The notes under the pieces are model-generated. The model had not been told where the DNA came from. It ran no database searches and was given only the letters and a program-made list of their open reading frames with translations. From Armatimonadota bacterium (GTDB lineage Bacteria; Armatimonadota; SYMT01): DNA of 64,000 nucleotides. Position numbers and translations under genes: made by a program. The first letter of the stretch is position 1; every line of letters starts with the position of its first letter. The DNA is taken from assembly GCA_041690135.1 (NCBI GenBank), contig JAWLHY010000002.1, forward strand, positions 1 through 64,000, read 5' to 3'. This document shows, piece by piece, positions 17,831 through 26,349 of this stretch.

Positions 17831-17874
17831 TCCTTCCACGCCACACCCTCCCCAACCCTCCACTCTCCACCCTC

Positions 17875-17903
17875 TTGACTCCCCCCGAGGGCATTGCTAT
17901 AAT
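17875..17903 (+). promoter_or_regulatory. Sigma70 promoter with extended -10 upstream of secE
   Basis: TTGACT-N17-TATAAT with TGn before the -10. Confidence 0.75.
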
Positions 17904-18122
17904 CCGCCTGCGGAGGAGAGATGCGTTCTCTCCTCTGTAATTATTTGCCTCATCGCACCTGCCGCCCGCAAGAAGGCTGTCTGGCAAGGCGTCATTCCGG
18001 TAGGAACCGGTTTTGTCCGGGTCCCGACCGGAAAAAGTGGTACGAGCTGTTATTTGGGGCTTTTGTAGTCCCGTTTCCGCCCGCGCTCGGCAGTATGGGT
18101 GCGGTGCGACGAAGGAACGACC

Positions 18123-18410
18123 ATGGCAACGGAGAAGAGCGTCGCTAGCGTCAGGCCATCGCGGGGAACGCCACAGACACCTGCCCGGACCGGAGGCCCG
18201 AACCTGAAGGATCGGGTGACGAAGTACCTGGGCGAAGTGGTGAGCGAACTGAAGAAGTCGAACTGGCCCACTCGCGAAGAGTTGAAGGCGCAGACACAGG
18301 TGGTGTTGAGCCTCCTCGTCCTGCTGGGCACCTTCATGTGGCTCTGGGACTCGCTTCTCGGCTTCATTTTTCAGGGTCTCATGCGCCTGTTGGGTGTGCC
18401 GCAGGGATAG
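18123..18410 (+). CDS. secE: Preprotein translocase subunit SecE
   Basis: YLGEVVSELKKSNWPTREEL motif plus one TM helix; upstream of nusG. Confidence 0.93.
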   Translation: MATEKSVASVRPSRGTPQTPARTGGPNLKDRVTKYLGEVVSELKKSNWPTREELKAQTQVVLSLLVLLGTFMWLWDSLLGFIFQGLMRLLGVPQG

Positions 18411-18462
18411 GCGGCCCTGCGAACCTTTTCCTTTGAGACCCCTCTGACCTCGGAGAAACCCT

Positions 18463-18984
18463 ATGAAAGCGTGGTATGCGGTCCATACCTACTCGGGGCA
18501 CGAGAACAAGGTAAAGACCAACATCGAGCGCCGCGCGGAATCGCTGGGGCTGAAGAACAAGATCAACCGCATCCTCGTCCCGGTGGAGGAAGAGACGCGG
18601 ACGCGCAATGGCCGCAAGTCGACCATCAAGCGCAAGGTCTTCCCCGGTTACGTGTTGATCGAGATGGACCTGGACGACCAGACCTGGTATCTCGTGAAAA
18701 ACACCATCGGGGTCACCGGCTTCGTCAGTTCCGGCAACAAGCCCGTGCCGATCCAGGACAATGAGATCCAGGAGATCCTCAAGGCGCTGGAAGGCGAAGG
18801 ACTGCATACCCGCCCCGAGTGGCGCAAGAGCGAGGTCATCCGGGTCACCACCGGACCGTTCGCCGATTTTAACGGGACGATCGAAGAGGTCAACACCGAG
18901 AAGCAGAAGGTCAAGGTGCTCATCTCGATCTTCGGCCGCGATACGCCCGTCGAGCTTGACTTCAACCAGATCGAGCGCGTTTAG
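18463..18984 (+). CDS. nusG: Transcription termination/antitermination factor NusG
   Basis: WYAVHTYSGHE, FPGYV, GPFADF, IFGRDTPVEL. Confidence 0.98.
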   Translation: MKAWYAVHTYSGHENKVKTNIERRAESLGLKNKINRILVPVEEETRTRNGRKSTIKRKVFPGYVLIEMDLDDQTWYLVKNTIGVTGFVSSGNKPVPIQDNEIQEILKALEGEGLHTRPEWRKSEVIRVTTGPFADFNGTIEEVNTEKQKVKVLISIFGRDTPVELDFNQIERV

Positions 18985-19001
18985 CGCTGTAGGAGATACG
19001 C

Positions 19002-19427
19002 ATGGCGAAGAAAGTAATGGGCATTGTCAAACTCCAGTGCCCGGCCGGAAAGGCTACGCCCGCGCCCCCCGTGGGCCCGGCGCTCGGCCAGTACGGCATC
19101 AACATCATGGAGTTTGTCAAGACGTACAACGAGCGCACCGCCGCGCAGGTGGGCACCGTTATCCCGGTCGAGATCACCATCTTCGAAGACCGGACCTTCA
19201 CCTTTGTCACCAAGACCCCGCCTGCTTCGGAACTGCTGAAGAAGGCGGCGGGCGTGCCCCGCGGCTCGGGCGCGAACCGCAAGGAGAAGGTGGGCACGAT
19301 CTCCCAGGACCAGCTCCGGGATATCGCCCAGATGAAGCTGCAGGACCTGAACGCGAACGACATCGACGCCGCGATGAAGATCATCGCCGGCACCGCCCGC
19401 AGCATGGGCATCGAAGTCGCCGGTTAG
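19002..19427 (+). CDS. rplK: 50S ribosomal protein L11
   Basis: [23 protein letters not shown]. Confidence 0.98.
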   Translation: MAKKVMGIVKLQCPAGKATPAPPVGPALGQYGINIMEFVKTYNERTAAQVGTVIPVEITIFEDRTFTFVTKTPPASELLKKAAGVPRGSGANRKEKVGTISQDQLRDIAQMKLQDLNANDIDAAMKIIAGTARSMGIEVAG

Positions 19428-19437
19428 TAATTCATTT

Positions 19438-19472
19438 GTGGGAGGGAGCCGCAGGCTCCCGCTCAATACCAC
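19438..19472 (+). promoter_or_regulatory. Ribosomal protein L1 autoregulatory binding site (L1 leader)
   Basis: GTGGGAG-[GGAGCC-GCA-GGCTCC]-CGCTCAAT-ACCAC just before the rplA SD, as in Firmicutes-type leaders. Confidence 0.75.
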
Positions 19473-19484
19473 CAGGAGAGATAG

Positions 19485-20198
19485 ATGGCTACACACGGCA
19501 AGCGTTACCGCGAAGCCGCCCAGGGGCTCGATGCCAAGGCACTGTATGAGCTCGAAGAGGCCCTGGAGCTGGTGAAGAGGACGGCTACCGCCAAGTTCCC
19601 CGAGACGGTCGACGTGGCCGTCCGCCTGGGCGTGGACCCGCGCCACGGCGACCAGATGGTCCGCGGCACCACCAACCTGCCGCACGGCACCGGCAAGATC
19701 CGCCGCGTCGCCGTCTTCGCCAAGGGCGAGAAGGCGAACGAGGCCGAAGCCGCCGGCGCGGACGTGGTCGGGGCGGAAGACCTGATCACCCGCATCCAGC
19801 AGGGATGGCGCGAGTTCGATATCCTGCTGGCCACCCCCGACATGATGGCCGCCATCGGCCGCGCCCTGGGCCGTACCCTCGGCCCCCGCATGCCCAGCCC
19901 GCGCTCCGGCACGGTTACGCAGGACATCGGGCGCGTGGTCCGCGACATCAAGAGCGCCGCTCGCGCCGAGTACCGCGTCGATAAGGCCGGCATCATCCAC
20001 ATGCCGATCGGCAAGGTCACCTTCACGACCGAGCAGCTCACCGAAAACTTCAACGTCCTCCTTCGCGAGCTTCTCCGCGCGCGGCCCGCTGCCGCCAAGG
20101 GCCGCTACCTGAAGGGGATCACCCTTTCCGCCACGATGGGTCCCGGCTTTGCCCTGGATACCCAGAAGGCCCAGGCCGCCGCGGAGCGCACCGCCTAA
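19485..20198 (+). CDS. rplA: 50S ribosomal protein L1
   Basis: LGVDPRH, LPHGTGK, ATPDMM, TMGPG. Confidence 0.98.
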   Translation: MATHGKRYREAAQGLDAKALYELEEALELVKRTATAKFPETVDVAVRLGVDPRHGDQMVRGTTNLPHGTGKIRRVAVFAKGEKANEAEAAGADVVGAEDLITRIQQGWREFDILLATPDMMAAIGRALGRTLGPRMPSPRSGTVTQDIGRVVRDIKSAARAEYRVDKAGIIHMPIGKVTFTTEQLTENFNVLLRELLRARPAAAKGRYLKGITLSATMGPGFALDTQKAQAAAERTA

Positions 20199-20230
20199 CC
20201 GGCTCGATCGCGGATTGAAGTCAAGATAGC

Positions 20231-20274
20231 CCGAGAGGGCGCCGGACGTTGGGTCCGGCGCCCTCTCGGCATTT
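20231..20274 (+). terminator. Terminator after rplA
   Basis: 17-bp perfect stem CCGAGAGGGCGCCGGAC/GTCCGGCGCCCTCTCGG then CATTT. Confidence 0.75.
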
Positions 20275-20286
20275 CGGAACCCAACA

Positions 20287-20344
20287 TGCTAAAAAATCAG
20301 CAGATTTAGTGGCCGGTGCCGGAAAAGGTGCTAAAATACTAGCA
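20287..20344. promoter_or_regulatory. Two putative BlaI-family operators
   Basis: TGCTA-N6-CAGCA (20287-20302) and TGCTA-N6-TAGCA (20329-20344) upstream of the repressor gene. Confidence 0.55.
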
Positions 20345-20366
20345 CCCGCAGAGAGAGGGAGAGCGG

Positions 20367-20768
20367 ATGAGCGCTGGTTGGGACCGTACCTTGAGCCGTC
20401 GCGAGCGCCAGATCATGGATATTGTCTACGCCCGCGGCAAAGCGACCGCCGCCGAGGTACTGGAGGCGTTGCCGGATCCTCCCAGCTACTCCGCGGTGCG
20501 CGCGCTCATGCGGATCCTGGAAGAGAAGGGGCACCTGCGGCACGAGCGAGACGGTATCCGTTATGTGTTTGCGCCGGTCCGCCCCCGGAGCACGGCGGCC
20601 CGAGACGCTCTCGCACAGGTCGTACAGACCTTTTTCGGCGGGAGCGTCGAAAGGGCCGTGGCCACTCTCCTGGACGCGGAGGAGACCCGGTTGACGGACG
20701 ACGAGTTGGAGCGCCTGGGCCGCTTGATTGAGGAGGCCCGTTCCGGTGGTGAGGAGAAGGGGCAGTGA
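20367..20768 (+). CDS. BlaI/MecI/CopY family repressor
   Basis: LSRRERQIMDIVY, PSYSAVRALMRILEEKG, FFGGS. Confidence 0.95.
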   Translation: MSAGWDRTLSRRERQIMDIVYARGKATAAEVLEALPDPPSYSAVRALMRILEEKGHLRHERDGIRYVFAPVRPRSTAARDALAQVVQTFFGGSVERAVATLLDAEETRLTDDELERLGRLIEEARSGGEEKGQ

Positions 20769-22984
20769 TGAGCGCGAACGAACTTCTGCGGATCGGCAGC
20801 GCGTTGCTGGTAGATGCCGCGATCGCGGGGACCCTACTGTTACTCGCCGCGGCCCTGGCGGCGCTTGTGCTGCGCCGGGCTCCGGCCGCCGTTCGCCATC
20901 TCGTCTGGCTCGGCGCCCTGGCCGGGCTACTCCTGATACCCCTGCTGACCCTCTCCCTCCCCGGCCGCCCCATCAACCCCTCGGCCCTTCTCTTCCTACA
21001 TCCTGCTGCCAGCGCAACTGCGGCCCCCGCTCCCTCCAATCCCAATCCAAATCGGCCGCAGGCCTCTCCTACTCCTACTCCTACTCTTACTCCTACTCTT
21101 ACTCTTACTCCTACTCTTACTCCTACTCCTACTCCTACTCCTACTCTTACTCCTACTCCTACTCTTACTCCCAATCTGCCGCAGGCCGTCCTTCTCTGGC
21201 TCACCGGGGCACTCCTCGTCGCCGGTCGCTTTCTCTGGCGTCTCCGCGCTCTGCGAGTGTTTGTCGGGGAGTGCAGCCCCTTCCCCAACGAAGGGGGCTC
21301 CGCACTGGTGCGAGAGACCGGATCATTCCTGGGGATCAGCCAGCCGGTTCGCCTCCTGCAGGCGCCGGCCGATCGGCTCCCCGTGGGGCCGATGACCTGG
21401 GGTTGGCGGCGGGCCGTGGTTGTACTCCCGCCGGGTGCCATCCTGTGGGCGCCGGAGCAAATGCGCTCCGTGCTGCTGCACGAGATGGCCCACATCCGGC
21501 GCGGAGACTGGGCCGCGTATCTTCTGGCAGGCGCGGCTTGTGCCGTTTTCTGGTTCCACCCGCTGGCCTGGTGGGCCGCGGCGCGGCTGCGTGCGGAAAG
21601 CGAGCTCGCCTGCGACGACCAGGTTCTGGCGGCCGGAGTAGCGCCCACGGAGTACGCGCACGCTTTGCTGGAAGTGATCCGCTCGCTGCGCGCCGCGCCT
21701 ACCTCGTTCCGGGTCGCCATTTCGATGGCGCAGGGACCGAAGTTGGAGGCGCGTTTGCGAGCCATCCTGGACGTGCGCCGTCGTCGCGGTACCGTGCCGC
21801 GGGCGGGAGTGTTTGTCGCGGTAGGGCTCGCGACGCTGGCGGCACTACCTGCCAGCGCTCTCCGCATTCGCTCGGAAGCGACACCCTCGCCCGTGGCCAA
21901 CCTTCCGCAGATGACCGCCATCGTCCGCGAGGAAGGGTCCGGGGTGGGCAACCCCGCCCGCCCCGGCGGTATGCCCACTCAGGTCGCGGTAACGGAGCGT
22001 CCGCCCGGTTCTCCCGCCGGAAAGGCGAAGGTCAACGCCACACTTGGGAAGGCGGGGTCCACTGCCGGCAAGCCCGCACAGGTTGCCGCTCCAGCCACGG
22101 CCGTGCTGCATGGCGCGCGTCGGCGGGTGTTGGAACTGCAGTCGTTCATCGCCGACCAGGAAGAACGCCTCGCCCGCCAGAAGGTCTCCGCGGAGGAGAC
22201 GGCCAGCACCCTTTTGCTCCAGCGCCTGTTGGAGCGCCAGGCGCAGTTCGAAGAAGAGCTGATCACCCTCCGCACCACCTACGTCGCCAGCGCTCCCGAG
22301 GTCCGGGATAAGGTGGAAGCCCTGGAGGTGCTCAAGAAGCGGGGCCAGCAGGAGCAGTTGCGACTCGCCAAGTATCAGGAACTGCGCCAGCAGGAGCGTG
22401 CGAGGATCAAGAAGCGGATCCTCGTGCTGAAAGTGAAATTGGCGGAAGCGGAGGACCAGCTGGCGGCCCTGCAGGGTTCTCCTCTCCCTAACCGCTCTGT
22501 GACCGGTGCCTCGTCCCGTGCTCCGGTTACCAATCCTGCCGCAGTGCCGGCCCAGCCGAGTCCGGAAGCAGTCGCGAGCCGGCAGCGCATCGAGGCGCTG
22601 GTCTCCCGGGCCGTAGCGGCCGAAGCGGGCTTGGCGAAGCTGCGGACGACCTACGGCCCACAGCATCCCCGGGTTCGGGAGAGCGAGGCGGTACTCGTGG
22701 AACTGCGCGCGCAGCTCCAGCGGGCGCAGTCCGCGAGCGGGGGAGGGGAGGTTTCCACTCCCCGAGAAAGTCGCTTGCAGGCCGAGCTTCGCGCGGTGGA
22801 GCAACAGTTGCGTGCGCTGGAGCGACGCCTCCGAGCCTCTGGGAGCCGGAAGCTCCCCGCCGCGGAGGAGCAGGAATTGCGGAAAGCGCTGAAGACCGCC
22901 TACGAGCGGCATCTGGTACTTTCCAACGAGCTCATCGTTCTGTATCGAGAGCGCCTGAACCGGGGTCGCAGGGGCCAACGCTGA
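20765..22984 (+). CDS. M56 (BlaR1-like) metallopeptidase/signal transducer with coiled-coil C-terminus
   Basis: HEMAH zinc motif, WFHPLAW, ELACD; start overlaps the blaI stop. Confidence 0.92.
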   Translation: MMSANELLRIGSALLVDAAIAGTLLLLAAALAALVLRRAPAAVRHLVWLGALAGLLLIPLLTLSLPGRPINPSALLFLHPAASATAAPAPSNPNPNRPQASPTPTPTLTPTLTLTPTLTPTPTPTPTLTPTPTLTPNLPQAVLLWLTGALLVAGRFLWRLRALRVFVGECSPFPNEGGSALVRETGSFLGISQPVRLLQAPADRLPVGPMTWGWRRAVVVLPPGAILWAPEQMRSVLLHEMAHIRRGDWAAYLLAGAACAVFWFHPLAWWAAARLRAESELACDDQVLAAGVAPTEYAHALLEVIRSLRAAPTSFRVAISMAQGPKLEARLRAILDVRRRRGTVPRAGVFVAVGLATLAALPASALRIRSEATPSPVANLPQMTAIVREEGSGVGNPARPGGMPTQVAVTERPPGSPAGKAKVNATLGKAGSTAGKPAQVAAPATAVLHGARRRVLELQSFIADQEERLARQKVSAEETASTLLLQRLLERQAQFEEELITLRTTYVASAPEVRDKVEALEVLKKRGQQEQLRLAKYQELRQQERARIKKRILVLKVKLAEAEDQLAALQGSPLPNRSVTGASSRAPVTNPAAVPAQPSPEAVASRQRIEALVSRAVAAEAGLAKLRTTYGPQHPRVRESEAVLVELRAQLQRAQSASGGGEVSTPRESRLQAELRAVEQQLRALERRLRASGSRKLPAAEEQELRKALKTAYERHLVLSNELIVLYRERLNRGRRGQR
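21071..21172 (+). repeat. Hexamer microsatellite (ACTCCT/ACTCTT) x17 encoding a Thr-Pro/Thr-Leu linker
   Basis: Counted directly; flanked by AATC(G/T)GCCGCAGGCC direct repeats. Confidence 0.95.
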
Positions 22985-23128
22985 AACGGTCCAGCCTGTG
23001 TGAAGGAGCGGCTACGGAAGTCGCACGTTGAATTTGCCCAGAATCGGCCCACCCCCAGCGCGTAAGCCCGCACTGAGGGTGGCCCGCCTTTCTTGCGTGG
23101 CCGCATCCCGAGAACTGCGGTGGCATCC

Positions 23129-23578
23129 CTAAGCCGCTTCTACCTGCTCCTCGTAGAACTCCTCGATGTGTTCGTAGATGGGGTCGGGGAATTTGAGCTC
23201 CCGGTAGACATTGCAGCCCTGCGGATCGTCCGGATCAGGGCAGATGGGGAATTCCTGCTGCTGCTGCCATTGAAGGATCCGCTCGCGCCTGGGCGGGTTG
23301 TAGTCGTGAGCGTTCACCTGTAGCACCAGGGCCCGCGCCTTTTCTTCCGACATCTCGGGCTGCGCACTCAACAGCCGGACCAGTTCCTCTTTCTCCATGA
23401 AGTGCCGGGCAATCATGGTAAAGGTCAGGCGCCCGTAATGCCCGATGTCGGTGCCGCTCTCCAGGGCCGCCAGCAAGTGCGCCATCATCGGCGAATTGCG
23501 GAGGTTGTCGCTCGGTACCGTCTGCCGTTCTGGGGTGTCCACCGCCTGTTCGTTTCGTGTCCCATTCCGTTGACTCAT
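23129..23578 (-). CDS. Conserved-looking hypothetical protein resembling the primase large-subunit C-terminal domain
   Basis: PMMAHLLAALESGTDIGHYGRLTF...DYNPP...PICP...GC; SD GGAG. Confidence 0.7.
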   Translation of the reverse strand: MSQRNGTRNEQAVDTPERQTVPSDNLRNSPMMAHLLAALESGTDIGHYGRLTFTMIARHFMEKEELVRLLSAQPEMSEEKARALVLQVNAHDYNPPRRERILQWQQQQEFPICPDPDDPQGCNVYRELKFPDPIYEHIEEFYEEQVEAA

Positions 23579-23704
23579 GATCCGTACTCCTTCCGTGCCG
23601 TTCTTACCCGGTAGGCCGAAAATGCAATCTAAAGTTTGCTATTTCGGGCGAAGAAAGAAGAGGGCGACCCGCGCCCTCTTCCTGATCATCCGATGTTGGC
23701 GGGG

Positions 23705-24052
23705 CTACCGGTTGAACCAGCCCCCGCGGCGCTGCGCGTACTCTTCCTCCTCGTCGGCGGGATCCCCATAAGGATCCTGGCTGGCGTCCAGGACCTGGTG
23801 CCCCTGCCAGGTGTCGGCGGGGTCGCCGTAGGGGTCCTGGCTTGCATCCAGCACCTGCCGGCCCTGGTACTGGTCCGCCGGGTCGCCATAAGGATCCTGG
23901 CTAGCGTCGAGGACCTGATGTCCCTGCCACGTATCCGCGGGATCCCCGTAGGGGTCCTGGCTCGCCGGTAACACGTCGCCTTGATGGCGCCGTTCGCGTC
24001 CATTTCCCGCCAGGGTATCCAACACCCGTCCAAAGATATCTCCTAGGTTCAT
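23705..24052 (-). CDS. Acidic repeat protein with four 20-aa (QVLDASQDPYGDPAD) units
   Basis: 60-bp tandem repeats; SD AAGGAG. Confidence 0.8.
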   Translation of the reverse strand: MNLGDIFGRVLDTLAGNGRERRHQGDVLPASQDPYGDPADTWQGHQVLDASQDPYGDPADQYQGRQVLDASQDPYGDPADTWQGHQVLDASQDPYGDPADEEEEYAQRRGGWFNR

Positions 24053-24099
24053 GTTCCTTGTCTCCTTACTCCCTCCTCAGCCATTGACGAAGGATCGGG

Positions 24100-24519
24100 T
24101 TACCAACCGGCGGGGGCTTCGCGGATCACCTCCCCCGTGCGGTGCTCGTAGTTGCGGCCGGTGTACCGTTCGTATTCGTCCACCGGCACCGCAATCGGCT
24201 GCTGGGGCGGGGTGACCCAGTGGGCCTCTCCGTTGGCATCCCGATAGTAGATCCGCCCGTTGCGGGAGCGGTAATACTGGCCTTCCGGCCCGGCGCCCTG
24301 GCGGTTCTTGTGCTTGTTGTAGAGGTAGTAAAGTGCCGCCGCACCCGCCAACATCACGACCTTCTGACGGGTACTCATGCCCTGGCGCTGGGGTTCCGAC
24401 TGCCGGATCGGTGCTTCGGGATAGCGGGGGTCCATACTGGCCCGCTCCCCGCCGCAGCCGGTGAGGCTGAACAGCATCAGGCTCGAAAGCACTCCCGCGG
24501 TGTATCGAATCGAGCGCAT
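24100..24519 (-). CDS. Lipoprotein with Tyr-rich C-terminal domain
   Basis: Lipobox LTGC; GAAALYYLYNKHK; YYRSRNGRIYYRD. Confidence 0.8.
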   Translation of the reverse strand: MRSIRYTAGVLSSLMLFSLTGCGGERASMDPRYPEAPIRQSEPQRQGMSTRQKVVMLAGAAALYYLYNKHKNRQGAGPEGQYYRSRNGRIYYRDANGEAHWVTPPQQPIAVPVDEYERYTGRNYEHRTGEVIREAPAGW

Positions 24520-24724
24520 TGTTTTGTTCTCCCGTTCACTGTTTTCTCTGCAGGAGACGGGATCACTGAGCTACCGCGCCGCCTGCTGGACGGGAGTACC
24601 CAGTAGATGTACGAAACCAAACAGTAGCCCCCGCCGGATTTGCCAACGGGCAGGCAACAGGCGGGAGGGCGGTGGAGAGGGGAGAGTAGAGGTCGGAGTG
24701 AAGCTGCGGAGGCACTCACAGGGA

Positions 24725-24961
24725 TCAATCCCAGCGGAGGCCGTACTCCCGGCAGTAGTGCTCCACCGCTGTTTCCCAGCGGCTTACCAGGGTCGGAGCC
24801 CAGGACTCGCGGTACTCTCGCACCCGCTCCAGGCCGCAGAGCAGGTGAGCGTAGCCTTCCGCCAGTCGTCCCGCCTCGGCGCTTCCAAGCGCTTCGGCGA
24901 CCGCCAGGGACAGGAGACGAATCTCCTGAACGGGGGGAGTGAGATGTGGTGGAGCGTCCAT
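24725..24961 (-). CDS. Small helical hypothetical protein
   Basis: MDAPPHL...LAEGYAHLLCGLERVRE...RWETAVEHYCREYG; protein-like composition; start uncertain. Confidence 0.5.
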   Translation of the reverse strand: MDAPPHLTPPVQEIRLLSLAVAEALGSAEAGRLAEGYAHLLCGLERVREYRESWAPTLVSRWETAVEHYCREYGLRWD

Positions 24962-25101
24962 AGGGGGGAGTTCCCCCGCGGGGCTCCCCCCTCCTTCCAA
25001 AGTTGTACGGCAATCTCCCACGATTTCCGCCACACGTTACCCAGCGGGCCCGGAGGTTCTCCCCTCGGGGCCCGCTGGGCTACGGAATTGCCTCGACTTC
25101 C

Positions 25102-26115
25102 TTACTTCGCGGCCTTCCTCGCCCGTGCCAGCGTTTCCGAAAGGGATACCGGCGCACCGTTGCGGCGCTTGCTCTCCTCCGCCGCTTCCATGAAGGTCAC
25201 GATCTCGATCGTTTCCTCCGCGCTTACCGGGGGTGTTCCGGTCTTGAAGAACCGGGCGATTTCCACGCACAGCTGCTCATACCCGGTAAAGCTGCCCGCC
25301 GCGGGCAGGATCCCCTTCTCGCCGTAGACCCGCAGGCCGTATTCCGCTTTGTTCTTCCGGATGCCCCGGAAGGTGCCGATGCGTCCGTCTTTCCACACGC
25401 CCGTTACCAGCTCCGTGTCTGGCGTCCGCGCGCGGCTCACCGTCTCACAGCCCGGCCCCATCACCGTGTAGAGGCTCTCGATGCCGTGGATGCCGTAGAA
25501 GAAGAGATCCGGGATAGAGGGCTCGATGGTGCAGGGGCTCCAGGCGTCGCAGCCGGTGACCTTGCCGAGCTTGGGGTCCTGGCGGGCGGCCTGCACCGCC
25601 GGACTGAACCGAAGCGAGGAGCTGGAGAAGCAGGGCACGTTGTGCTGTTTCGCCAGATCGAAGATCTTCAGGGTATCCACAAGGGAGCCTGCGACCGGCT
25701 TATCGATGAAGACGGGCTTTTTCGCCGCAAAGACCGGCCGGAGTTGCTCCAGGTGCACCCGGCCATCCACGCTTTCCAGCAGGACGACGTCGACCTTCTC
25801 GAGCAGGGCCGGAATAGAGGGCACGATCTCGATGCCCATCCCTTCAAGCTGCTTCGTGAAGTTCGCTACCCGGTCCCGGCTGGCGGGGATGTCCGAGCCG
25901 CCGGGGAAGCCCGCCACGATCTTCACCCCCGCGAGCTCGCTGCCGGCCGGGGCATTGTTGAAGACCTTGGTGAACGCGGTAACGTGGGAAGTGTCGAGGC
26001 CGATCATACCGGCCCGGAGGACTTTCTGTTCGGGGGCGGCGCCGGCCTGGGAAGCCTGGACGCCGAGCACCAGGAGTGCTGCGGAGCAGAGAAGGGAGAG
26101 GGCTGCGCGTTTCAT
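25102..26115 (-). CDS. Gfo/Idh/MocA family oxidoreductase with signal peptide
   Basis: GMIGLDTSH, VFIDKP, FFYGIHGIE. Confidence 0.9.
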   Translation of the reverse strand: MKRAALSLLCSAALLVLGVQASQAGAAPEQKVLRAGMIGLDTSHVTAFTKVFNNAPAGSELAGVKIVAGFPGGSDIPASRDRVANFTKQLEGMGIEIVPSIPALLEKVDVVLLESVDGRVHLEQLRPVFAAKKPVFIDKPVAGSLVDTLKIFDLAKQHNVPCFSSSSLRFSPAVQAARQDPKLGKVTGCDAWSPCTIEPSIPDLFFYGIHGIESLYTVMGPGCETVSRARTPDTELVTGVWKDGRIGTFRGIRKNKAEYGLRVYGEKGILPAAGSFTGYEQLCVEIARFFKTGTPPVSAEETIEIVTFMEAAEESKRRNGAPVSLSETLARARKAAK

Positions 26116-26349
26116 GGGTGAATCCTGCGGCCGCCAATTGGCGGCCGATCTGAAAAGAGAAGGCCGCGAGTCCGTTCGGGCTGCGGCCTCGCCCTTCCTG
26201 CCCGGCACTGCTCGCACCATTTTTAATCAAACTCTATGCAAACGCGGACGCAAGGCTAGCGCCCGTGCGGGGGGGGGGAGCGCTTCTCGACCCAGCAGGA
26301 CAAAGGCGTAGCAGCAACCGAACCGACCTTTGCCCGAAGCCCAGTCCCT

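Noticed and set aside
6253-18122. tRNA-Trp-integrated genomic island or prophage
   Set aside because: No integrase, no duplicated tRNA 3' end near secE, and the segment includes housekeeping-type genes such as yebC.
20506-22311. ORFs with (YS)n or (GV/RV)n repeats
   Set aside because: They are alternative-frame and antisense readings of the hexamer tract inside the M56 gene.
23749-23975. 60-bp periodic repeats as a CRISPR array
   Set aside because: The units are contiguous, in-frame coding repeats with synonymous variation and no unique spacers; no cas genes are present.
23600-24620. SigB/SigF-like GGGTA -10 motifs before stress genes (also near 42275)
   Set aside because: The -35 elements and spacing are inconsistent between sites, so a shared promoter cannot be supported.
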